This document shows positions 1-11,679 of a stretch of DNA of 64,000 nucleotides, piece by piece. The DNA is from Eledone cirrhosa (lineage: Eukaryota). Position 1 is the stretch's first letter. Each line of letters opens with the position of its first letter. A program made the position numbers and the translations under genes. The notes beneath the pieces were generated by a model that was not told the origin of the DNA, did not search any database, and worked only from the letters and a program-made list of their open reading frames with translations. Location of the stretch: the NCBI GenBank assembly GCA_964016885.1, contig OZ024764.1:27280001-27344000 (forward strand), written 5' to 3'.

Positions 1-3000
1 AGAGAGAGAGCGAGATGAAATGAGAGAGAGAGAGCGAGATGAAACGAGAGAGTGAGAGCGAGATGGAACGAGACAGAGAGAGCGAGATGAAACGAGAGTG
101 GGAGAGCTAGATGAAACGAGAGAGAGAGGAAACGAGAGAGACGAAACGAGAGAGAGGAAACGAGAGTAGAGAGCGAGATGAAACAGGAGAGAGAGAGCGA
201 GATGAAACAGGAGAGAGAGAGCGAGATGAAACGAGAGGGAGAGAGAGATGAAACGAGAGAGCGAGAGAGAGATAGAGGGAGATGAAACGACAGAGAGAGA
301 TACAGATGAAACGAGAGAGATAGAGATGAAACGAGAGAGAGAGATGAAACGAGAGAGAGGAAGAGAGAGATGGAACGAGAGAGAGGAAGAGAGAGATGGA
401 ACGAGAGAGAGGAAGACAGAGATGAAACGAGAGAGAGAGAGAGCAAGATGAAACGAGAGAGAGAGATGTAACGAGAGAGAGGAAGAGAGAGATGGAACGA
501 GAGAGAGGAAGAGAGAGATGGAACGAGCGAGAGGAAGAGAGAGAGCGCAAGATGAAACGAGAGAGAGAGAGAGAGCGAGATGAAACGAGAGAGAGGAAGA
601 GAGAGAGCGCGAGATGAAACGAGAGAGAGGAAGAGAGAGAGCGCGAGATGAAATGAGAGAGAGAGAGCGAGATGAAATGAGAGATTGAGAGTGAGATGAA
701 ACGAGAGAGTGAGAGAGAGCGAGATGAAATGAGAGAGAGAGAGCGAGATGAAATGAGAGAGAGAGAGCGAGATGAAACGAGACAGAGAGAGCGGGATGAA
801 ACGAGACAGAGAGATCGAGATGAAATGAGAGAGAGAGAGCGAGATGAAATGAGAGAGAGAGAGCGAGATGAAACGAGAGAGTGAGAGCGAGATGGAACGA
901 GTGAGAGAGAGCGAGATGAAACGAGAGAGTGAGAGCTAGATGAAACGAGAGAGAGAGGAAACGAGAGAGAGAGGAAACGAGAGAGAGGAAACGAGAGAGA
1001 GGAAACGAGAGTAGAGAGCAAGATGAAACAGGAGAGAGAGAGAGCGAGATGAAACCGGAGAGAGAGAGCGAGATGAAACGAGTGGGAGGGAGAGATAAAA
1101 CGAGAGAGCGAGAGAGAGATAGAGGAAGATGAAACGAGAGAGTGATAGCTAGACGAAACGAGAGAGAGAGGAATAGAGAGATGGAACGAGAGAGAGGAAG
1201 ACAGATATGAAACGAGAGAGAGAGAGCGAGATGAAACGAGAGAGAGGAAGAGAGAGAGCGCGAGATGAAACGAGAGAGAGAGCGAGATGAAACGAGAGAG
1301 AGAGAGAGCGAGATGAAACGAGAGAGAGGAAGAGAGAGAGCGCGAGATGAAAGTCTGTCATGTAATGTTATGGACATATCTGCCCCTGGGGCTAATAATT
1401 GTCATGTAATGTTATGGACATATCTGCCCTTGGGGCTAATAATTGTCATGTAATGTTATGTACATCTCTGCCCCTGTGGCAAATAATTCTGTCATGTAAT
1501 GTTATGGACATCTCTGTCCCTGTGGCTAATAATTATGTCATGTAATGTTATGGACATCTCTGCCCCTGTGGCTAATAATTCTGTCATGTAATGTTATGGA
1601 CATCTCTGCCCCTGTGGCTAATAAATTCGTCATGTAATGTTATGGACATCTCTGCCCCTGTGGCTAATAAATCTGTCATGTAATGTTATGGACATCTCTG
1701 CCCCTGTGGCTAATAATTCTGACATGTAATGTTATGGATATCTCTGCCCCTGTGGCTAATAATTCTGAGAGAGATGAAACAAGTGAGGGATAAGAGAGAG
1801 ATGAAACAAGTGAGGGATTAGAGTGTTGAAACAAGAGAGAGAGAGGAAGAGAGAGTGAGAGCGAGATCAAACGAGAGAGAGAGAGCGAGATGAAATGAGA
1901 GAGTGAGAGCGAGATGAAACGAGAGAGAGAGAGCGAGATGAAATGAGAGAGAGAGAGCGAGATGAAATGAGAGAGAGAGAGCGAGATGAAACGAGACAGA
2001 GAGAGCGAGATGAAACGAGAGAGAGAGAGAGCGAAATGAAACGAGACAGATTAGAGCGAGATGAAACGAGAGAGAGAGAGCGAGATGAAATGAGAGAGAG
2101 AGAGCGAGATGAAACGAGAGAGTGAGAGCTAGAGGAAACGAGAGCTAGAGGAAACGAGAGAGAGAGGAAACGAGAGAGAGGATACGAGAGAGAGGAAACG
2201 AGAGTAGAGAGCGAGATGAAACAGGAGAGAGAGAGCGAGATGAAACAGGAGAGAGAGAGCGAGATGAAACGAGAGGGAGAGAGAGATGAAACGAGAGAGC
2301 GAGAGAGAGATAGAGGGAGATGAAACGACAGAGAGAGAGACAGATGAAACGAGGGAGATAGAGATGAAACGAGAGAGAGAGATGAAACGAGAGAGAGGAA
2401 GAGAGAGATGGAACGAGAGAGAGGAAGAGAGAGATGGAACGAGAGAGAGGAAGACAGAGATGAAACGAGAGAGAGAGAGAGCGAGATGAAACGAGAGAGA
2501 GGAAGAGAGAGAACGCGAGATGAAACGAGAGAGAGAGCAAGATGAAACGAGAGAGAGGAAGAGAGAGAGCGCAAGATGAAACGAGAGAGAGAGAGCGCGA
2601 GATGAAAGTCTGTCATGTAATGTTATGGACATATCTGCCCTTGGGGCTAATAATTGTCATGTAATGTTATGGAAATCTCTGCCCCTGTGGCTAATAATTC
2701 TGTCATGTAATGTTATGGACATCTCTGCCCCTGTGGCTAATAATTCTGTCATGTAATGTTATGAACATCTCTGCCCCTGTGGCTAATAAATCTGTCATGT
2801 AATGTTATGGACATCTCTGCCCCTGTGGCTAATAATTCTGACATGTAATGTTATGGACATCTCTGCCCCTGTGGCTAATAAATATGACATGTAATGTTAT
2901 GGACATCTCTGCCCCTGTGGCTAATAAATCTGTCATGTAATGTTATGGACATCTCTGCCCCTGTGGCTAATAATTCTGACATGTAATGTTATGGACATCT

Positions 3001-3162
3001 CTGCCCCTGTGGCTAATAAATCTGTCATGTAATGTTATGGACATCTCTGCCCCTGTGGCTAATAATTCTGACATGTAATGTTATGGACATCTCTGCCCCT
3101 GTGGCTAATAATTCTGACATGTAATGTTATGGACATCTCTGCCCCTGTGGCTAATAATTCTG
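1..3162 (+). repeat. Composite satellite: GAGATGAAAC-(GA)n blocks alternating with 46-bp tandem arrays (forward polarity)
   Basis: GA blocks 1-1353 and 1768-2609; 46-bp unit ATGTAATGTTATGGACATCTCTGCCCCTGTGGCTAATAATTCTGTC in arrays ~1354-1767 and ~2610-3162. Confidence 0.97.
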
Positions 3163-6100
3163 ATTTATTAGCCACAGGGGCAGAGATGTCCATAACATTA
3201 CATGAGAGAATTATTAGCCACAGGGGCATAGATTTCCATAACATTACATGTCAGAATTATTAGCCACAGGGGCAGAGATGTCCATAACATTACATGTCAG
3301 AATTATTAGCCACAGGGTCAGAGATGTCCATAACATTACATGACAGAATTATTAGCCACAGGGGCAGAGATGACCATAACATTACATGACAATTATTAGC
3401 CACAGGGTCAGATATGTCAATAACATTACATGACAGAGTTTCATCTTGCGCGCTCTCTCTCTCATTTCATCTCGCTCTCCCTCTCTCTCGTTTCATCTCT
3501 GTCTTCCTCTCTCTCGTTTCATCTCGCTCTCTCTCTCTCTCGTTTCATCTCTGTCTTCCTCTCTCTCGTTCCATCTCTCACTTCCTCTCTCTCATTCCAT
3601 CTCTCTCTTCCTCTCTCTCGTTTCATCTCTATCTCCCTTCTTTCATCTGTCTCTCTCTCTGTCGTTTCATCTCGCGCTCTCTCTCTCTCTCGTTTCATCT
3701 TGCGCTCTCTCTCTCTCTCGTTTCGTCTTGCTCTCTCTCTCTCTCTCGTTTCATCTCTGTCTTCCTCTCTCTCGTTCCATCTCTCTCTTCCTCTCTCTCG
3801 TTCCATCTCTCTCATCCTCTCTCTCGTTTCATCTCTATCTCCCTCCTTTCATCTGTCTCTCTCTCTGTCGTTTCATCTCGCGCTCTCTCTCTCTCGTTTC
3901 ATCTTGCGCTCTCTCTCTCTCGTTTCATCTCGCTCTCTCTCTCGTTTCATCTCTGTCTTCCTCTCTCTCGTTCCATCTCTCTCTTCCTCTCTCTCGTTCC
4001 ATCTCTCTCTTCCTCTCTCTCGTTTCATCTCTATCTCCCTTCTTTCATCTGTCTCGCTCTCTGTAGTTTCATCTCGCGCTCTCTCTCTCTCGTTTCATGT
4101 CGCGCTCTCTCTCTCTCGTTTCATCTCGCTCTCTCTCTCTCGTTTCATCTCTGTCTTCCTCTCTCTCGTGCCATCTCTCTCTTCCTCTCTCTCGTTCCAT
4201 CTCTCTCTTCCTCTCTCTCGTTTCATCTCTATCTCCCTTGTTTCATCTCTCTCTCGCTCTCTCGTTTCATCTCTCTCTCCCTCTCGTTTCATCTCGCTCT
4301 CTCTCTCATGTTTCATCTCGCTCTCTCTCTCTCGTTTCATCTCTGTCTTCCTCTCTCTCGTTCCATCTCTGTCTTCCTCTCTCTCGTTCCATCTCTCTCT
4401 TCCTCTCCCTCGTTTCATCTCTCTCTCGCTCTCTCGTTTCATCTCTCTCTCCCTCTCATTTCATCTCGCTCTCTCTCTCCTGTTTCATCTCGCTCTCTAC
4501 TCTCGTTTCCTCTCTCTCTCTCGTTTCATCTCTCTCTCCCTGTCTCATTTCATCTCGCTCTCTCTCTCTCATTTCATCTCGCTCTCTCTCTCTCGTTTCA
4601 TCTCGCTCTCCCTCTCTCGTTTCATCCCGCTCTCACTCTCTCATTTCTTCTCGCTCTCTCTCTCTTGTTTCAACACTCTAATCCCTCACTTGTTTACTAT
4701 CTCTCAGAATTATTAGCCACAGGGGCAGAGATGTCCATAACATTGCATGTCAGAATTATTAGCCACAGGGAAGAGATGTCCATAACATTACGTCAGAATT
4801 ATTAGCCACAGGGGCAGAGATGTCCATAACATTACATGTCAGAATTATTAGCCACAGGGGCAGAGATGTCCATAACATTACATGACAGAATTATTAGCCA
4901 CAGGGGCAGAGATGTCCATAACATTACATGTCAGAATTATTAGCCATAGGGGCAGAGATGTCCATAACATTACATGACAATTATTAGCCCCAAGGGCAGA
5001 TATGTCGATAACATTACATGAGAGAGTTTCATCTCGCGCTCTCTCTCTTCCTCTCTCTCGTTTCATCTCTGTCTTCCTCTCTCTCGTTCCATCTCCCTCT
5101 TCCTCTCTCTCGTTCCATCTCTCTCTCCCTCCTTTCATCTGTCTCTCTCTCTGTCGTTTCATCTCGCGCTCTCTCTCTCTCGTTTCATCTTGCGCTCTCT
5201 CTCTCTCGTTTCATCTCGCTCTCTCTCTCTCTCGTTTCATCTCTGTCTTCCTCTCTCTCGTTCCATCTCTCTCTTCCTCTCTCTCGTTTCATCTCTATCT
5301 CCCTCGTTTCATCTCTCTCTCGCTCTCTCGTTTCATCTCTCTCTCCCTCTCGTTTCATCTCGCTCTCTACTCTCGTTTCCTCTCTGTCTCGTTCCATCCC
5401 GCTCTCTCTCTCTCTCATTACATCTCGCTCTCTCTGTCTCGTTTCATCTCGCTCTCACTCTCTCGTTTCAACACTCTAATCCCTCACTTGTTTTATCTCT
5501 CTCTAATCCCCCACTTGTTTCATCTCTCTCAGAATTATTAGCCACAGGGAGAGAGATGTCCATAACATTACATGTAAGAATTATTAGCCACAGGGGCAGA
5601 GATGTCCATAACATTACATGACAGAATTATTAGCCACAGGGCCAGTGATGTCCATAACATTACATGACAATTATTAGCCCGAAGGGCAGATATGTCCATA
5701 ACATTACATGACAGAGTTTCATCTCGCGCTCTCTCTCTTGCTCTCTCTCGTTTCATCTCGCTCTCTCTCTCTCTCGTTTCATCTCGCTCTCTCGTTTCAT
5801 CTCGCTCTCTCTCGTTTCATCTCTGTCTTCCTCTCTCTCGTTCCATCTCTCTCTTCCTCTCTCTCGTTCCATCTCTCTCTTCCTCTCTCTCGTTCCATCT
5901 CTCTCTTCCTCTCTCTCGTTTCATTTCTATCTCGCTCCTTTCATCTGTCTCTCTCTCTGTCGTTTCATCTCGCGCTCTCTCTCTCTCGATTCATCTCGCG
6001 CTCTCTCTCTCTCGTTTCATCTCGCTCTCTCTCTCTCTCGTTTCATCTCTGTCTTCCTCTCTCTCGTTCCATCTCTCTCTTCCTCCCTCTCTTCCTCTCT

Positions 6101-9100
6101 CTCGTTTCATCACTATCTCCCTCGTTTCATCTCTCTCTCCCTCTCGTTTCATCTCGCTCTCTCTCTCCTGTTTCATCTCGCTCTCTACTCTCGTTTCCTC
6201 TCTGTCTCGTTCCATCCCGCTCTCTCTCTCTCTCATTACATCTCGCTCTCTCTGTCTCGTTTCATCTCGCTCTCTCTCTCTCTCGTTTCATCTCGCTCTC
6301 ACTCTCTCGTTTCATCTCGCGTTTCATCTCACTCTCCCTGTCTCATTTCATCTCGCTCTCTCTCTCTCTCTTCCTCTCTCTCTCTTGTTTCAACACTCTA
6401 ATCCCTCACTTGTTTTATCTCTCTCTAATCCCTCACTTGTTTCATCTCTCTCAGAATTATTAGCCACAGGGGCAGAGATGTCCATAACATTACATGTCAG
6501 AATTATTAGCCACAGGGCAGAGATGTCCATAACATTACATGTCAGAGTTATTAGCCACAGGGGCAGAGATGTCCATAACATTACATGTCAGAATTATTAG
6601 CCACAGGGGCGGAGACGTCCATAACATTACATGACAGAATTATTAGCCACAGGGGCAGAGATGACCATACCATTACATGACAATTATTAGCCACAGGGGC
6701 AGATATATCAATAACATTACATGATAGAGTTTCATCTCGCGCTCTCTCTCTCTCGTTTCATCTCTGTCTTCCTCTCTCTCGTTCCATCTCTCTCTTCCTC
6801 TCTCTCGTTCCATCTCTCTCATCCTCTCTCTCGTTTCATCTCTATCTCCCTCCTTTCATCTGTCTCTCTCTCTGTCGTTTCATCTCGTGCTCTCTCTCTC
6901 TCGTTTCATCTCGCGCCCTCTCTGTCTCGTTTCATCTCGCTCTCTCTCTCTCTCGTTTCATCTCTGTCTTCCTCTCTCTCGTTCCATCTCTCTCTTCCTC
7001 TCTCTCGTTTCATCTCTATCTCCCTCGTTTCATCTCTCTCTCGCTCTCTCGTTTCATCTCTCTCTCCCTCTCGTTTCATCTCGCTCTCTACTCTCGTTTC
7101 CTCTCTGTCTCGTTCCATCCCGCTCTCTCTCTCTCACATTACATCTCGCTCTCTCTGTCTCGTTTCATCTCGCTCTCTCTCTCTCTCGTTTCATCTCGAT
7201 CTCACTCGCTCGTTTCATCTCGCTTCTCTCACTATTGCGTTTCATCTCGCTCTCCCTGTCTCATTTCATCTCGCTCTCTCTCTCTCTCTTCCTCTCTCTC
7301 TCTTGTTTCAACACTCTAATCCCTCACTTGTTTTATCTCTCTCTAATCCCTCCCTTGTTTCATCTCTCTCAGAATTATTAGCCACTGGGGCAGAGATGTC
7401 CATAACATTACATGTCAGAGTTATTAGCCACAGGGGCAGAGATGTCCATAACATTACATGACAATTATTAGCCCCAAGGGCAGATATGTGCATAACATTA
7501 CATGACAGAGTTTCATCTCGCGCTCTCTCTCTCTCGTTTCATCTCGCGCTCTCTCCCTTCCTCTCTCTCGTTTCATCTCTCTCTCTCTCTCTCTCTCGTT
7601 TCACCTCTGTCTTTCATCTCTCTCTTCCTCTCTCTCATTCCATCTCTCTCTTCCTCTCTCTCGTTTCATCTCTATCTCCCTCCTTTCATCTGTCTCTCTC
7701 TCTGTCGTTTCATCTCGCGCTCTCTCTCTCTCCTTTCATCTCGTGCTCTCTCTCTCTCGTTTCATCTCGCTCTCTCTCTCTCTCGTTTCATCTCTGTCTT
7801 CCTCTCTCTCGTTCCATCTCTCTCTTCCTCTCTCTCTTCCTCTCTCTCGTTTCATCTCTATCTCCCTCGTTTCATCTCTCTCTCCCTCTCGTTTCATCTC
7901 GCTCTCTCTCTCCTGTTTCATCTCGCTCTCTACTCTCGTTTCCTCTCTCTCGTTTCCTCTCTGTCTCGTTCCATCCCGCTCTCTCTCTCTCTCATTACAT
8001 CTCGCTCTCTCTGTCTCGTTTCATCTCGCTCTCTGTCTCTCTCGTTTCATCTCGCTCTCACTCTCTCGTTTCATCTCGCGTTTCATCTCACTCTCCCTGT
8101 CTCATTTCATCTCGCTCTCTCTCTCTCTTCCTCTCTCTCTCTTGTTTCAACACTCTAATCCCTCACTTGTTTTATCTCTCTCTAATCCCTCACTTGTTTC
8201 ATCTCTCTCAGAATTATTAGCCACAGGGGCAGAGATGTCCATAACATTACATGGCAGAATTATTAGCCACAGGGCAGAGATGTCCATAACATTACATGTC
8301 AGAATTATTAGCCACAGGGGCAGAGATGTCCATAACATTACATGTCAGAATTATTAGCCACAGGGGCGGAGACGTCCATAACATTACATGACAGAATTAT
8401 TAGCCACAGGGGCAGAGATGACCATAACATTACATGACAATTATTAGCCACAGGGGCAGATATATCAATAACATTACATGATAGAGTTTCATCTCGCGCT
8501 CTCTCTCTCTCTCGTTTCATCTTGCGCTCTCTCTCTCTCGTTTCATCTTGCTCTCTCTCTCTCTCGTTTCATCTCTGTCTTCCTCTCTCTCGTTCCATCT
8601 CTCTATTCCTCTCTCTCGTTCCATCTCTCTCATCCTCTCTCTCGTTTTATCTGTATCTCCCTCCTTCAATCTGTCTCTCTCTCTGTCGTTTCATCTCGTG
8701 CTCTCTCTCTCTCGTTTCATCTTGCGCTCTCTCTGTCTCGTTTCATCTCGCTCTCTCTCTCTCTCTCGTTTCATCTCTGTCTTCCTCTCTCTCGTTCCAT
8801 CTCTCTCTTCCTCTTTCTCGTTCCATCTCTCTCTTCCTCTCTCTCGTTTCATCTCTATCTCCCTCGTTTCATCTCTCTCTCGCTCTCTCGTTTCATCTCT
8901 CTCTCCCTCTCGTTTCATCTCCCTCTCTACTCTCGTTTCCTCTCTGTCTCGTTCCATCCCGCTCTCTCTCTCTCTCATTACATCTCGCTCTCTCTGTCTC
9001 GTTTCATCTCGCTCTCTCTCGCTCTCGTTTCATCTCGCTCTCACTCTCTCGTTTCATCTCGCTTCTCTCACTATTGCGTTTCATCTCGCTCTCCCTGTCT

Positions 9101-10389
9101 CATTTCATCTCGCTCTCTCTCTCTCTCTTCCTCTTGTTTCAACACTCTAATCCCTCACTTGTTTTATCTCTCTCTAATCCCTCACTTGTTTCATCTCTCT
9201 CAGAATTATTAGCCACAGGGGCAGAGATGTCCATAACATTACATGTCAGAGTTATTAGCCACAGGGGCAGAGATGTCCATAACATTACATGACAATTATT
9301 AGCCCCAAGGGCAGATATGTCCATAACATTACATGACAGAGTTTCATCTCGCGCTCTCTCTCTCTCGTTTCATCTCGCGCTCTCTCTCTTCCTCTCTCTC
9401 GTTTCATCTCGCTCTCTCTCTCTCTCGTTTCACCTCTGTCTTCCATCTCTGTCTTCCTCTCTCTCGTTCCATCTCACTCTTCCTCTCTCTCATTTCATCT
9501 CTCTCTCTCTCGTTTCATCTGTCTCTCTCTCTGTCGTTTCATCTCCCTCTATCTCTCTCTCCCTCTCGTTTCATCTCGCTCTCTCTCTCCTGTTTCATCT
9601 CGCTCTCTCTCTCTCATTTCATCTCGCTCTCTCTCTCTCATTTCATCTCGCTCTCTCTCTCTCGTTTCATCTCGCTCTCACTCTCTCGTTTCATCTCGCT
9701 CTCACTCTCTCGTTTCATCTCGCTCTCCCTGTCTCGTTTCATCTCGCTCACACTCTCTCATTTCATCTCGCTCTCTCTCTCTTCTTTCAACACTCTAATC
9801 CCTCACTTGTTTCATCTCTCTCAGAATTATTAGCCACAGGGGCAGAGATGTCCATAACATTACATGTCAGAATTATTAGCCACAGGGGCAGAGATGTCCA
9901 TAACATCACATGTCAGAATTATTAGCCACAGGGGCAGAGATGTCCATAACATTACATGTCAGAATTATTAGCCACAGGGGCAGAGATGTCCATAACATTA
10001 CATGACAGATTTATTAGCCACAGGGGCAGAGATGTCCATAACATTACATGGCAGATTTATTAGCCACAGGGGCAGAGATGTCCATAACATTACATGTCAG
10101 AATTATTAGCCACAGGGGCAGAGATGTCTATAACATTACATGACAGATTTATTAGCCACAGGGGCAGAGATGTCCATAACATTACATGACAGATTTATTA
10201 GCCACAGGGGCAGAGATGTCTATAACATTACATGACATAATTATTAGCCACAGGGGCAGAGATGTCCATAACATTACATGACAGATTTATTAGCCATAGG
10301 GGCAGAGATGACCATAACATTACATGACAGAATTATTAGCCACAGGGGCAGAGATGTCCATAACATTACATGACAGAATTATTAGCCAC
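3163..10389 (-). repeat. Same composite satellite in reverse polarity (seven GA blocks, eight 46-bp arrays)
   Basis: Reverse-complement units GTTTCATCTC-(TC)n and CAGAATTATTAGCCACAGGGGCAGAGATGTCCATAACATTACATG; arrays near 3163-3435, 4705-5022, 5530-5713, 6452-6725, 7369-7507, 8208-8482, 9200-9338, 9821-10389. Confidence 0.97.
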
Positions 10390-10617
10390 ATGTAATGTTA
10401 TGGACATCTCTGCCCCTGTGGCTAATAATTCTGTCATGTTATGTTATGGACATCTCTGCCCCTGTGGCTAATAATTCTGACATGTAATGTTAGGGACATC
10501 TCTGCCCCAGTGGCTCATAATTCTGACATGTAATGTTATGGACATCTCTGCCCCTGTGGCTAATAATTCTGTCATGTAATGTTATGGACATCTCTGCCCC
10601 TGTGGCTAATAATTCTG
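10390..10617 (+). repeat. 46-bp tandem array (~5 units), re-inverted to forward polarity
   Basis: Junction TTATTAGCCACA|TGTAATGTTATGG at ~10390; the array ends at AATTCTGT|TCAAATCTGAC. Confidence 0.95.
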
Positions 10618-10955
10618 TTCAAATCTGACTGACATGCATGGTATATATTTATGTTTCATTAGACACCGCCACAATACACAGGAACTTATAAAGATATGTA
10701 TATATTGTCCAGGAGTTTCGAGTTTAGTGGGAATTGTACAAATCTCAATTGGAGCTAGTCCCTGCAAGATCAGCATAAATAATGTTATACCTTTTCATGA
10801 AATCTTGCACACCCGATATTTTATACATGATTATTTAAAGGTGAACAAAAACCGAAGAACATTGAGCAGCATTTCTCAACCTTTCTACCCATGTTGATCT
10901 CTTGAAATAGTTTTTATGTCTCAAGGAAGCCTTGCATAAAATATACTTTTTCTAT

Positions 10956-11010
10956 CTCTAGAGCAGTGGTTCCCAAATCGTGTGCTGTGAGATGAAACTA
11001 GATGAGCTGC
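10956..11010 (+). mobile_element. hAT (Charlie-like) transposon terminus remnant; copies start at 30257, 32835, 44326, 47043, 49734
   Basis: CAGTGGTTCCCAAA directly after CTCTAGAG, matching the Charlie-type terminus and NTCTAGAN target preference; no matching other end identified. Confidence 0.55.
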
Positions 11011-11084
11011 AAAAGACTAAGATTAAGTTTTAAGATGTGAAAAATATAAAACTGAAATTTCATATAAAAGTTCAAATATAGCTA

Positions 11085-11330
11085 CAGCCACAAACCTAGG
11101 CTCCACACCCCGCAACGCAGAGGAGAGTAAGATAGTACTGAGGCCTGACTCACCTCTTCCACTCCATTGAGACCTCTGCCATACTTGGTCCCCCTACTGC
11201 TGATTTCCTCCATAAAGTCGGGAGGAAAGACGGCAGGAGCCTCGTGAGGAGGGGCAACTATTGTAGCAGGTGTCTCTGGCCTTGTTCCGAGGTAACGCTT
11301 TTACGTTTCTTCCACGTGTTGCGGCTGAGG
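11085..11330 (+). pseudogene. Decayed C-terminal fragment of a CRE-like (RLE) non-LTR retrotransposon; copies near 30380-30600, 32960-33180, 44450-44670, 47165-47385, 49860-50075
   Basis: Manual translation across frameshifts gives ETSAILGPPTADFLHKVGRK...EPREE...QVSLALFRGNA, resembling the ETxGxxG..FL..LG...RE...SLAxxRGNA C-terminus of CRE-type elements. Confidence 0.55.
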
Positions 11331-11679
11331 GACCACTTAGACTGGGGTGAAGTGTCTGTCCCTCCCCCGACTTCTTACTTCCTTTTTTTTCTCCTTTTCA
11401 ATTTCTTTTCTCTTCTTGCTTATCTCTGCTATACCACGGCATCAAAAAGATATATGATATATGTATGTATGGTATAGGTGTATTTATATTTAGGATAGTT
11501 ATCAAAGGTAAATAGACTGGTTGGAGTAATAACAGTCTTGTTTATGTATATACACACATATATACATATATATATATATATATATATGTTTGTTCTTGTA
11601 TTTCTATAGAAAAGGTAAAGAAAAGAAGAGTGCTCTATGTATTGTACAGAGCTATTTAATTACATAATAAACAACAGAA

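Noticed and set aside
1775-1830. TGAGGGATTAGAG as telomeric repeat
   Set aside because: No TTAGGG arrays; the resemblance is superficial.
2610-3162. 46-bp, 55-bp and 89-bp arrays or GTTTCATC motifs as CRISPR arrays
   Set aside because: Units are head-to-tail with no unique spacers, there are no cas genes, and the context is eukaryotic.
3100-3230. Inversion as a sequencing fold-back artefact
   Set aside because: The arms differ in sequence and the junction recurs at 61343 with diverged neighbours; read-level confirmation is still advisable.
3059-3263. Recurrent MLWTSLPLWLIILTCNVMDISAPVANN peptides as a secreted peptide family
   Set aside because: These are frame-walking translations of a 46-bp unit, which is not a multiple of 3.
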